Of a DNA stretch of 64,000 nucleotides, positions 13,136 through 24,433 are shown in pieces. Positions within the stretch are counted from its first letter, which is position 1. Each line of letters opens with the position of its first letter. The position numbers and the translations under genes are program-made. This DNA is from Cystobasidiomycetes sp. EMM_F5 (Eukaryota). The notes beneath the pieces were generated by a model. It was not told the origin of the DNA. It saw only the letters and a program-made list of their open reading frames with translations, and made no database searches. The stretch spans positions 496,001 through 560,000 of the forward strand of contig JBPGPT010000002.1 in assembly GCA_051047955.1 (NCBI GenBank), given 5' to 3'.

Positions 13136-14142
13136 TTACAAAGCATGCAACTCCGCCAGTCTCCCTTCCAGCAATCGGATCACCGTCGCGAACCCTTTCA
13201 GCATTCCGGCATCGCTGCCCTGGCCTGGTAGATGTCGAGCGTGCGCAAAGTCTATGAGTTTGACCTTGTGATTGAACGAGCTGTTGCTGTTGCTGTTGCT
13301 GTCGCCTTCGTACACGACCAGCAAGCTGGAGCCGTATATTCTCCACTCGTATGCCTTGACGATATCTTGTAGAGTGACGACGTCTCGCAGAATAGATGTG
13401 ATAAGGAGAATGAGGACGCAGGCGGGTAACCCCGCTGGCGGCTTCGGTGATTGTTCGTGAGCCTGATGGATATCGGCATCTTCGTCTGAACAGGGAAAGA
13501 AGCGGCGAATGCCATTGGCAAGTTCAGAAGACGGAATAGCCTTGCCGTACAGCTTTCCAGTGGCTACATGAGCGCCTGTTGCGTTGTCATAGACCTGAAT
13601 GATACTTTGCGGTGAGTTGCATACCGCTCTGATCGCGACAGTGTACCAATTCTTACTGTGAATCCAGTCAGGCGTAAGCCATCACTGCCAGTTGTCGTTC
13701 TCGCTGCTTCGGCTTCCATGCGAGCTTGCTTGTCCGCTGTCAATTTGGGATCGAGCGGATCAAACAGCTGAGTACCAAGTTTCAGATCGATGACATTAGG
13801 CTGATTAAAGCCATGAGTAATATTTTCCACTCTTATAGACTACCCACACCTGTCAATGTAAACTGTGCGCCTCTTCTGTGAAGTAAGCGAACCCACTTGT
13901 TCAATCTTAGCTTTGCCATCCGCAGAGGGGAACTCATTCGGCTGTACACCATAGAATACGGGTATGAACGCCTTGTCTACTAGTTGCGGAAAGTGTTTGG
14001 GAGCGGTTTCTGTGTAGAACTCCACTTCGAGCGGGAGACTCGGTTTTACGATGTATGTACCGTCTGCGGCTGTCCGGACTGAGGATGGATGGCCTGCAAC
14101 TTGATGTTTGAGAGGAGCGAGTTCTGCGGGCAGACTGTCCAT
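13136..14142 (-). CDS. IPK2: Inositol polyphosphate multikinase (Ipk2/Arg82 family)
   Basis: HQVAGH, PNVIDLKLGT, GLRLTGF, GSSLLVVYEGD, KLIDFAH; two introns. Confidence 0.88.
13280..13302. repeat. Short hexamer repeat (GCTGTT)n encoding SNSNSNS in IPK2
   Basis: gctgttgctgttgctgttgctgt read directly. Confidence 0.7.
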
Positions 14143-14300
14143 GGTAAGATAGTGTCAATCAATCAGTTAGTAGTTACCAAGGGCGGTCTCCGTATTTATT
14201 CCCATGGCCTGTTTGACTGTTGCTAATACGGCTTCAGATCGATATCAACCGCTTGGCATCAGTTCGAGCTTGTTGTTTCGTAGCTTGATAGAACAAGCAG

Positions 14301-14841
14301 TTCAAGCTGGCGAACCATGACACTTCGACACATTATGACCTGCTGCAAGTAGCGAGAAGCGCAAGTCGCGAACAAATCAGGCAGAATTACCGACGCCTTA
14401 TCCTACAACATCATCCCGACAAGGCTGTAGTTTCCAAAGTCAATGACGGCCTTGCAGAAGCGCTCAATGCAGCTTTCGAGACGCTGCATGATCCGACGCG
14501 ACGCGCAGAATACGATGCAGCGCTAAGAGCCGCAATGGGTTGGCGACTGGTTCCAGCTTCACTGACGCTTGCTGATGAGCTTCTCTTCGGCAGCAAAAGC
14601 ATCGACCAAGCATAATCAAGGCGCAGTATCTCAGACAATCTCGCTCTCAGACTGTTTTGCTAGAGATACGGACACAACCGAACGATACTACTTTCTGTCT
14701 CGTTGCGGATCCGAATTCGCCATTGACGCACAACAGCTGGAGACTGGTGACGGAGAGGTTTTCCTGCAATGTGTAGATTGCACAGAACGAATCTGTGTCC
14801 AGTACGAAGCAGTCGAGGACATTGGTGGACAAACCGCGTAG
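14301..14841 (+). CDS. DPH4: Diphthamide biosynthesis J-protein (J-domain plus CSL finger); true start uncertain and upstream of 14301
   Basis: HYDLLQV..QIRQNYRRLILQHHPDK..LNAAFETLHDPTRRAEYD; after an intron SRCGSEFAI..QCVDCTERICVQYEAVE; stop TAG at 14839-14841. Confidence 0.85.
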
Positions 14842-14851
14842 GCGTGAAGCC

Positions 14852-16175
14852 TTACGAGCGGATACTAAAGTCAAACCGCTCGCCTCTGTCGAGGTACACG
14901 ACTTTGTCTGCCAATCCAGCAGCATGCATCTCCTTCTTGAAGTCGTCTAGGCTCGACAAGAAGACATCGTAATCTAGCAAATGAAGGCACACATTCAGCC
15001 GGCAACTACACTTCCTGGTGTATCGTACCACTCACCGTCATAATGAACTGGGAGCGTCACTTTCGGCTTGATTAGCTGTACGAGCTGGATACCCTGCTTT
15101 GCGTCCATTGTGACCATAAGCAGTGGTAAATGCGGCCCGGGAATAGTTGTTCCTCCTAAATGGATAATCAGAAGATCGATGTCTGGGTATCTCTGGGGAA
15201 TTGCTTCCAATTCTTTCACGAAGAGGGTGTCGCCGGAGATGTAAACCCGGAATGCTACATCTGTTTCTGGTCGCCCCTGCCATGCAAATTCCAGCATGGA
15301 ACCCATGGTAGGGGGCACTGCCGACATGAATGCGTTGAGCTGCTCTATGATGGGTCCAGCAACATGTTTTCCAGGAGTCGAAATGACGCGTAACTGCAAC
15401 GCTGGCGACAGATCCGTCTTAGGCACGAGCAAAGCGTTCTCCCAGGTTTGCAACCCGAATACTTGGCTAAATCCTAGGGCCTCCAACGGTTTGGCTGCTT
15501 CCTTGGTCGTTACGATGGGCAGGCTTTTTCGTAGTCGTTCCTGCACTTGCTTGTCAAAGTGATCTGTACGATAGAAATAAATGCCATATGCATAAGCAAA
15601 GATTGTTTGCTCTAAACGATGCAGTTGAAAATTACCTTCGTGAAAATGCGACAACAAGATAGCATCGATCGAAGGCAGCTCGTCCAGTGATATTGCCGGG
15701 TTCGTCTTGCGTTGCGCTGTTACTCCTGGCCCCAAGTGGACGTGATCGCCTGCAACCAAGTTGAACTTAGCGGCAGAATCTCAGGCACAATGACCGGGGG
15801 TTCTTCAAGCGAACCTGCGTGCAAAAAATTCGGATCGGTCATGATTCGCTAGATTTTCATCCGCATGCTTCAGTGGTGGCTTTCCAAAGGTTGTCCTTTA
15901 CTCTCACAAAGAAACGGCTTTCGAAGATGGTAGTTGCCTAAATATCACGCATCAATTGGAAACTGCTCCACGCTTATGCCAAATAAACCTACTGTGCCAA
16001 CAAAGTAGATGGAAAGCTTTCTAGAATCATGTATATCGTGCGTATCTACCGGAAAGCTATCGTGGGTATGATTATTCTTGGCCTCCGGCAATGCGGTAGG
16101 GACATTGCTGCGTGGATACTGCAGGGGCGGCAATTGCTGAGAAGGATCTAGCGAGACGGTAAACGTTGACGGCAT
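14852..16175 (-). CDS. Metallo-beta-lactamase-fold hydrolase
   Basis: IYFVGT, IMTDPNFLHAGDHVHLGPG, LLSHFHE|DHFD (HxHxDH), YISGDT, IHLGGT, PVHYD|YDVFLSSL. Confidence 0.88.
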
Positions 16176-16602
16176 GGCTTGCTGCAGTGTATGTCAAGCG
16201 AGAACCCGGAAAGCGAACGATCTTCGTCATGTCGATCCCGGCACGACGCCCAGACCCTCCAAAAAGGTAATGAGAGGAACGGGACTCGAACTGCATAACG
16301 GCGGTCAGGACGATGTCTTGATGGACTCGTTTTACACTGTGTCAACCTACCCCGCGCAGGTCGCCCTACTAGAGCCTAAATCTAGCGCCTTAACCACTCC
16401 TATGTCGATTGTCAGGATATCGCGATCGACTCCTAGCAACTCAAAGAGCAACTCACGGCCATCCTCCCTTTAAGCTTGTGAAGCCATAAGGAGATTTGCC
16501 ACCGCTTGTACGTATATATAGTGTTAACTTGTATTCGAAAGACGGCCCTTCGTGAGCCACCTTTTCTCTTGATTGTCCTCGACCCAAGTATGGTCCTCAT
16601 CC

Positions 16603-17716
16603 TCACCATCGCACGTTGGAATACCCCTTCGCCTGCCTTGTTGCCGACTTGTTGTACATTCCCGTCTGATACCCAAATTCGGTTCCCGGTGTGGAGTTGC
16701 CTGATTTAGCAGCTTTTGCGGCTCGTAGGGCTCTTGCACGCTCTCTTTCGCTAGCTTCCCTTGATACAGCTGCGGCATGCAGATCATTGTCGTGCGATTG
16801 CTGCTTTGGAGGTCTCTCCGGTCCAGCTGTGGGACCGGCTGGAGAGGGTGAGCGCCGCCTCGAGCGAAGGCGAGAAGCTTGTACGGGCGTTCTGTCAGAC
16901 TTGAGCGTGCGAGGTGTATCTGCCCACGGATCCGCACGCTGACGCTCTTGCGCCGCCTTGACCTCGTCACGCCGCTTGAGGTACGCTTGCATAGTCGCCA
17001 GTGGATCTTCAACGCGCTTGAGCTGATTGTCCTTGTAAGTATGCTCCAAACGCTGGTCTTGCGTCATCCGTCTCTCCGAGTTGGTCAGCCGGTCTTGCGA
17101 GTCGTACCAAGACTTGGGTGGAGCTTTCAGATACATTGTTATCTGATCTTCCCATTTCTGATCAGCGGCCTTTTTCTCTGCCTCGTATTCTGCGTTTCCT
17201 CGAGTTTTGGTGCTTGCTCCAGGCTTTCCCCGCTCCAGATCCGCCCAAAAGTTGACTGGAAATTGCAAATGTCAGCACAAGTTTGGCATGCCGATACAGT
17301 CGGTCAAGTCTCACAATGTCCGCGGTCTGTCGTGATTGTGCTGTGGTCATCGGTCTGACCATTCCGGAGGGATTGTGAGGATGAGCCTTGATTGTCGTCA
17401 TCCTCGTTGACCCGGCCTTTGCCTTTCAACTGCCTATCCAAAGCCATCATAGCTTCATCTTCCTCCTTTGATTTGCCTTTACGGCTCTTTTTACGTAGCA
17501 TGGCAATCCTGGCCTCGGCATCGGCTTGCATGACTCTCGCCTTGTCTCCAGCTTCTTCCGCAGCCGCCCTTTCCTCATCTCGTCGCACTCGCTCAATGTT
17601 ATCGGCTCTGTACGGATGGTAGCTCTTGTGGTGGGCAATGCTGCAAGGGGGTCGTTAGTCATCTTCCGCACAACCCATTTGCCGGGTCTGGGTCAAGCTC
17701 ACTTCAGTTTAGGCAT
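16603..17716 (-). CDS. CIR/Cwf N-terminal domain protein (LENG1-like, splicing-associated)
   Basis: Spliced N-terminus MPKLN|IAHHKSYHPYRADNIERVRRDEE; GH|VNFWADLE; EDPLATMQAYL; RE..ERERARAL; Y..MYN. Confidence 0.8.
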
Positions 17717-17888
17717 GTTTGATTAGTAGTGTCCGAGACAGAGAATGTCTTGTGAGTGTGTTGTTGGATGTCAGTCAATCAGTCGGTTGACCAGCAAGCC
17801 GCGACCAAATGACGCGTGCTCCAGGTTGACTCTGCACTTTCAAAACCACAACACCTTCCCGTCGAATGCTGCTGCACACTCGTACCAG

Positions 17889-20800
17889 ATGACGCCCCAT
17901 GCGTTTGTAAAGCGTCAACGGAGTGCCAGCGTAGAGTCGGCAGCCTCGTCGACTTCAAACAAACGGACAGGCTCGTCATCCTCGTCGGCGACGACCCACC
18001 TCGCTGCAATGGATCTCAACGCCAGCAGCGACTCGTCCGCTACGAGCAGCAGTGCCTCTACGGAACCGCTGGCCATGGACGACGAGGCGAGTACTGATGC
18101 CCGGACAGCAAAGTCTCCCCGCCAGACTCCCCCCGCGCCAAACGAGCAGCTCAATATCGTAGTCGCTGCAGCAAAACAGCCTATGCAGGCCGGGGACAAC
18201 TGGTTCCTTATCGACAGAAGATGGTACAGGAGATGGCAGGCAGCCTGCGGTGATCCCGAAGCTGGCAAGGAGGCAATGGATTCAGCGAGCCTCGGTCCTA
18301 TCGACAATTCCAGCTTTGCGGATCCGATGACCGGAGCAATCACCAAGGCTCCAGTCGAAGGCCAGGATGTCGAGTATCTGCCAACCGACGCCTGGTTTTT
18401 CCTCGAAGCATGGTTAGTATAGCACCTCACGCCCCTTTTTTCTGGTATGTTGATATGGGTCTTTCAACAGGTATGGGTGCGCTGGCAAGCCTGTTCAGCG
18501 TCAAGTGATACAGGCGCCAGACGGGCCAGTGCTAGATCTTTTCCCTCCTCTGCTTACGGTACATCACATCATTCCTGCCAATTCACCAATTATGCCCAAA
18601 CCGGCCCTCACCCTACAAGCGTCGTCTGGGTGGACCGTCAAACACTTGAAGAGCGAAATGGCTCGTCTGTATCAGCTCGAACCGTCTGCAACGTCGCGAA
18701 TATGGCACCTGTCAGGTCCTCACGAGCAAGCTTCGATTGCGGCCGACCGACTCGGCAGTGCAGAGCTAGAAGCCGCCCAAGACGATGATATCGTTCGCAT
18801 TTCCGGAATACGGGATGGGCAGAATGTTGCTCTCGAGCAAGCCAACGAGGATGGTACATGGCCTTCGCCCTCCGCTCCAGATAGCGGGGTCATCACTACC
18901 CCTGCAGGGGGCTTGTTTAGCGGGCCCAGCTTTCTAGACCAGAAAGAAAGCCAACACCAGGCCGCACGGAAGACTGCTGCATTAGCTTCCCAATCCAGTG
19001 CTTTTGCAGCATCGACATCAAGCAAGCCGTTAGCTGCATCAGACATGCGTGTAACGCGAAGTCAAACTGGAGCAAACAGTGGCCGACGTGGTTTGGTTGG
19101 TCTCGGTAATCTAGGAAATACGTGCTTTATGAATAGCGCTCTTCAATGCCTTAGCAACACTCCGTCCTTGCAGCATTATTTCCATTGTAAGAATATACTT
19201 TTGCTTTCTGCAACAGATGATACTGATGTGCCCACCTCCTCACAGCCGGATTCTACAAGACTGAACTCAATCCCGACAATCCTCTCGGTATGCACGGTGA
19301 AGTCGCTATGGCATTCGGGGCTCTCATTGAACAGCTGTGGAATGGTACAAGCTCTTCTTATTCACCACGCCAATTTAAACAGACTCTAGCCCGCTTTGCC
19401 CCTGCGTTTTCGGGCTGGCAGCAGCACGACAGTCAAGAGTTGATTGCGTTTCTACTCGACGGCTTACATGAGGATCTGAACAGAATCAAAAAGAAGCCTT
19501 ATGACGACATACCAGATTGGAATGGTGGAGGCGACAAGGAGGAGATGGAGCTCGCTAATATCAGTTGGGATCTGTACAAGCGAAGAAACGATTCTGTCAT
19601 TGTCGATCTGTTCCAAGGGCAGTACCGCAGCAGGCTCGTCTGTCCCGAGTGCGGCAAGGTATGTCGAGCAGCTCCATACAAGCGTGATCGGGCTGACTTG
19701 TCTATTTGCCAGGTCGCGATCAAGTTTGACCCTTTCATGTATCTAAGTTTAGCCATTCCCCAATATCGTACCTGGACGAGCGATGTTTTCCTTACTCCCG
19801 CTGATCCTAAACGGCCGCGTATAAAGGTAGATTTGTGTACCGTTAGTAACCAGCATCGTCACTTACCTGAAGCACTGCAATAGGTCACCGTTGAATTATC
19901 CTACAACGCGACGTTCAAGATGGTCAAGGAGAAAGTCGGCGATCTGACTGGGTATGATCCGCATAAGGTTTGTGTTTCACTTTCCGACAAGCCTACTCGG
20001 CTTACCTATACATTCACAGCTCTTCTTACTGGAGGAGTTTAGCCACAAATACTTCAAAGCGTGGTCTGACAATGACAGCGTTTCTCAATTGACGAAGACT
20101 GATATTATTACGCTATCTGAGGTTCCGTTCGTCATAGCGCAACCCAGATACCGTCCTTCGAATAGTAAAACGTTTGAAGAGGAAGGAAAATTCTTCGTAA
20201 CTGTATTGAGCGTCAGAGCCGCAGGCTCAGCTGGGCTGGGTAGCAGGAACGATAGGCCCTTTGGCGAGCCTTTCATTCTCTCATTTACTGAAGACGAGGT
20301 ATGCGATGTGGAAGCGATCGAGCAAAGAGTTGCTGAACGACTAGAAGCTTGGTCCGCCGTTGGTAACAAAATATGGGCGACGTCAATAGCCAACGGTGAA
20401 GCAGAAGGGTCGAGCACCGTGACGAATGGTATCGCAGCTCCCACGTCGAAACCGTCCTCGTCGTCCAGTCGGATCGTTGTGGATGATGAAGACGATATCA
20501 TGGATACTGATGCGCCAGCAATTGTCCCTGCTGCGTTGCGCAAACTTCCGAATCCAAATTTGATTACGATTACGGTCGCCCGACAGACGGCCCCGACCGC
20601 TCAGCTATTCGTGTCTGATCCGCCTCATGATCGCATAACCCTTACCGAGCGTTACAACCAGGTACATGCCATGCACGATGCTCAGGATAGACGTTTGAAA
20701 AACACCAGTATTCCGGGAGCTTTTCAGACAGACGCCGATGGCGATGACTTATATGCGGAAGACAACGAGAAGGCCAACAGCACGCAACGCAACGATGTTC

Positions 20801-22307
20801 CTGCGGTTGCGTCTCCCGTCTCCACACGGACTCAGCTGCCCATCCTGCATTCCGGAGAAATATTGGCAGTCGAATGGCATCCCCGCTTTGCGATGGACTG
20901 CTTCGGCGGCGACATAGACGCTAAAGCTATGGATACAACGAGCTTTTCAGTCACCGAACGAATCATTGACCCAGTAATTCTACGCAAGCGGAAAGCTGGA
21001 AACACGGACGGCAAGTTGCCCGTGACGTCTGTGGAAGACTTGCTTGATGAGTTTGTCAAGGAGGAGAAGCTATCTGAAGACAATATGTGGTACTGCCCCG
21101 AGTGCAAGAAACATCAACAAGCGCAGAAGAAGTTTGATTTGTGGAAGATGCCGGACGTACTAGTCATTCATCTGAAGCGTTTCAGCAATGAACGAGCATT
21201 CCGCGACAAGATTGATACCTTTATCGACTTTCCTATCGATGGATTGAATATTAGCGAACGAGTGGAGGGCAGGAAGGTCGCAGAACGTCTGAAGATGACC
21301 GACAGTCTTCAGACATTGAGTGCGACAGTCGACACCGATGAGAGTTTGATTTACGACCTATATGCTGTCGATAACCATTTTGGCGGTCGTAAGTCATAAT
21401 TCCTTAGTGGCTGCTAAAAGATGGACTGACACGACTGACCCTGCAGTCGGTGGTGGACACTATACCGCATTTGCCAAGAATATACAGGATAGCAAGTGGT
21501 ACAACTTTGACGATGTGCGTATAGCTTACGAAATCACAGGGAGCACCCAAGTTGACGTTCGAAATACTACAGTCGCGAGTGTCTCCTGTCTCGAGGCCGG
21601 ATGATGTCAAGGTAAGTTTACCACATCTACCCACAACGGCATGAGACTAAATTCGAATGCAGACCTCGGCTGCATATCTCCTTTTCTATCGGAGACGTAC
21701 AGACAAGCCGATTGGGGGCAAGACGCATGAAATACTGTCTTCACGAGCAGCATCACCCATGCCTTCAGTTTCTGCGCTAGGCGAATCTACCGGGGAGCAG
21801 TCCTTTCGGACCGATGGGGCGGGGAGTAGTTCGAAATACTTCGAACAACAGTCTGAGCACGCTAGTGGAAGCGGCATTCGACAATTCGGTCGACTTTCTC
21901 ACTCGGGTTATGCGTCACCTGAATTAGGGGACGATACGGACGTCGACGTCTATTCTAGTGCACCTCTTTCGCGCAACGATCCGTCACCTCAGGTATCTGA
22001 TGACGAGGATGAGGGGACTGCTGGCATGAGAGACTATCCTCGAGACTCTGTGACCAACTTTGGCGGTCAATTCAGGCCAGGAGGATTCATCCGCCCATCT
22101 GTGTCGACCGGATGGGCCTTTGGCACACAATCACGGGACGATGATCTACCAGACTATACGAATGTCATGGACATTTCCGTACCTGCTTCGCCGGTGCAAT
22201 CTGCGCCAATTGAGATCAAGATTGATCCGAGCGAGATGGCACGAGCTGCGCAGGCTGTTGTGGAGTCCACGCCTGCCGAGCCGAGCAGTATGGACGACGT
22301 GGAGTAG
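17889..22307 (+). CDS. UBP12: Ubiquitin-specific protease, Ubp12/USP4-USP15 family (DUSP plus catalytic domain)
   Basis: DUSP motifs [16 protein letters not shown]; Cys box [51 protein letters not shown]; His box [21 protein letters not shown]. Confidence 0.95.
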
Positions 22308-22594
22308 CTATACCCATCTGTACGGTAGTCGTGCGCAGAGAAGTCAATCTTGCGAGCGCGTTTGCGTTGGTGGTCTCCATAAATACCACTTCGCATCTAC
22401 CGATTAGCCGACTCGCCAAAAGACTTTGAAATTTTTCGCGACCTTGTATGGCGAGATGGCGTTTGCGAGTCCATTAATATTGACTGGGCGAGCAACGGGG
22501 CACTGTAAGCAGCTTGAGAAGCCGTTTAAAAGGCCTCTCGCTTAGACGCTTTCGCCCAAAAGCTCGACACTTCTTTTGCCGAACTCGCCCGCGC

Positions 22595-24285
22595 ATGACC
22601 TACGGAGCAGCAGTCCGGCTGCAAGCGATAGCAGGACAACTGGCTTGTGCAGCACCAACCAGGACAGCCTCAGCAAGTGCACGCCAATCTCCAGCGAGCG
22701 AGCCAGCTGCAATGACTTTCACTCAGGAACCCCACAAGCTGCTTGGTAAGGCTTGCAAACGACTTCTTTGATTGACAGGTTCTTGGGACTGACTTTTGGA
22801 TTGCAATGTTGATTACACACAGTCATCCCCGGACCGAGTGAGCTGACTTGCAGATACGACTGCGCGAGCTTTGCCTGCCATCATGTACTCGGGAGCTGAA
22901 CTGCTGTTGTGTCCGGTTGCCCATCAGTCGAGGTTGCCGATGATGGTGAGTGTAAAAAGTTGGGGACTACTACGGGGAGCTCACTGAACTATACGCAACA
23001 GTCCTCTACGCAAATGCCCACCCCTCCATGTCCCACATGTCTCCCGAGTTTGCCGCCGTCTTCCAGGTTCGTCGGCTCGTTCGAACAGACCGGCTCTCTG
23101 CGCAACACTGAATTGGTGCACTATCAATACACAGGACTGCCTAACAAAGATGAAGCAAGTACTCTTTACCGAGACCGGTCAGCCGTTCCTCGTCGCAGGA
23201 AGCGGCACCCTCGGCTGGTGAGCGATACGTAAAGACTTAGCCAACAGCGCTGACATTGATGCTTCCATCAGGGACATGGCTGCTTCCAATTTGGTAGAGC
23301 CAGGTGAAGATGTGCTCGTCTTGAATTCCGGATACTTTGGCGATTCGTTCGCAGAATGCCTGGAGGTCTACGGTGCCAAAGTAGATCAATTGGGAGCACC
23401 CGTCGGGGACAAGCCGACAATTGCGCAAATCGAAGAAGCCCTCAAGAAGAAAAAGTACAAGATGTTGACCTTTACTCATGTCGATACCTCCACTGCAGTC
23501 CTCTCGGATGCAAAGGAGATCTGTGCAGCAGTCAAGCGCGTCTCGCCTGATACGCTCACTGTTCTGGACGGCGTGTGCGCTGTAGGGTCCGAGGAGATTC
23601 GAATGGAAGAGTGGGGTGTAGATGTCGTGCTCGCGGCATCTCAAAAGGGTCTCGGCGTACCACCTGGATTATGTGTAGTCTGCGCTTCGCAAAAAGCCAT
23701 CTCTGTGTTCAAAGCGCGCAAAGCTCCGCCAACATCGTATTTCGCCTCGTGGAGCAAGTGGCTGCCTGTAATGGAGGCGTACGGCAAGGGTTCCGCTGCG
23801 TACTTTGCCACGCCAGCAGTCGTAAGTTCTGGCTTTCACAAAGCTTACCACAGCTCCCCTTACTGAATGTCTGTTCTTCACAGCAACTCATCTACGCTCT
23901 TCAAGCTTCGCTGACAACCATGACTACAAAGTCGCCGTCATTGGAAGAGCGCTTCGCCCTTCACCGCGAGGCTTCGCAAAAGATAAAGTCGACCGTACAA
24001 GGCTGGGGACTGTCTCTTGTGACTCTAAGCAATGATGCGGCTGCAAATGGAATGACTGCAGTCTACGCTCCGGAAGGCCTAACACCAGGCGATATTGTTC
24101 CCAAGATGCTGCAGCGTGGTGTCGTCATCGCAGCCGGTCTGCACAAGGACATCAAGACGAAATACTTTAGAATCGGTCACCTCGGTATCACTGCAGTCGA
24201 CAAGTCGCGAGGCGATATTGATGCCATCTTAAAAGCTCTGAAGGAGTCACTCATCGAGTCAGGGTTCACTCTGAAAAGCAGCTAA
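22595..24285 (+). CDS. AGX1: Alanine:glyoxylate aminotransferase (class V PLP enzyme); second in-frame ATG at 22712
   Basis: HKLL|VIPGP|IEVADD, AGSGTLGWD, THVDTST, LDGVCA, ASQKGLGVPPGL, YFATP, YFRIGHLG. Confidence 0.92.
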
Positions 24286-24433
24286 TTCAAAGTGTAGCTG
24301 TAGGATCAGACGAGCATTCTAGGCACGGAGCGTTGAGGGCATAGCCCACGAAAAGTACCACATGGCGGCCGAAATGAAAGACTCTGTCGACCTTTATTGT
24401 ATTGTCAACTGTATCTACTGCACAAACGCGTCT

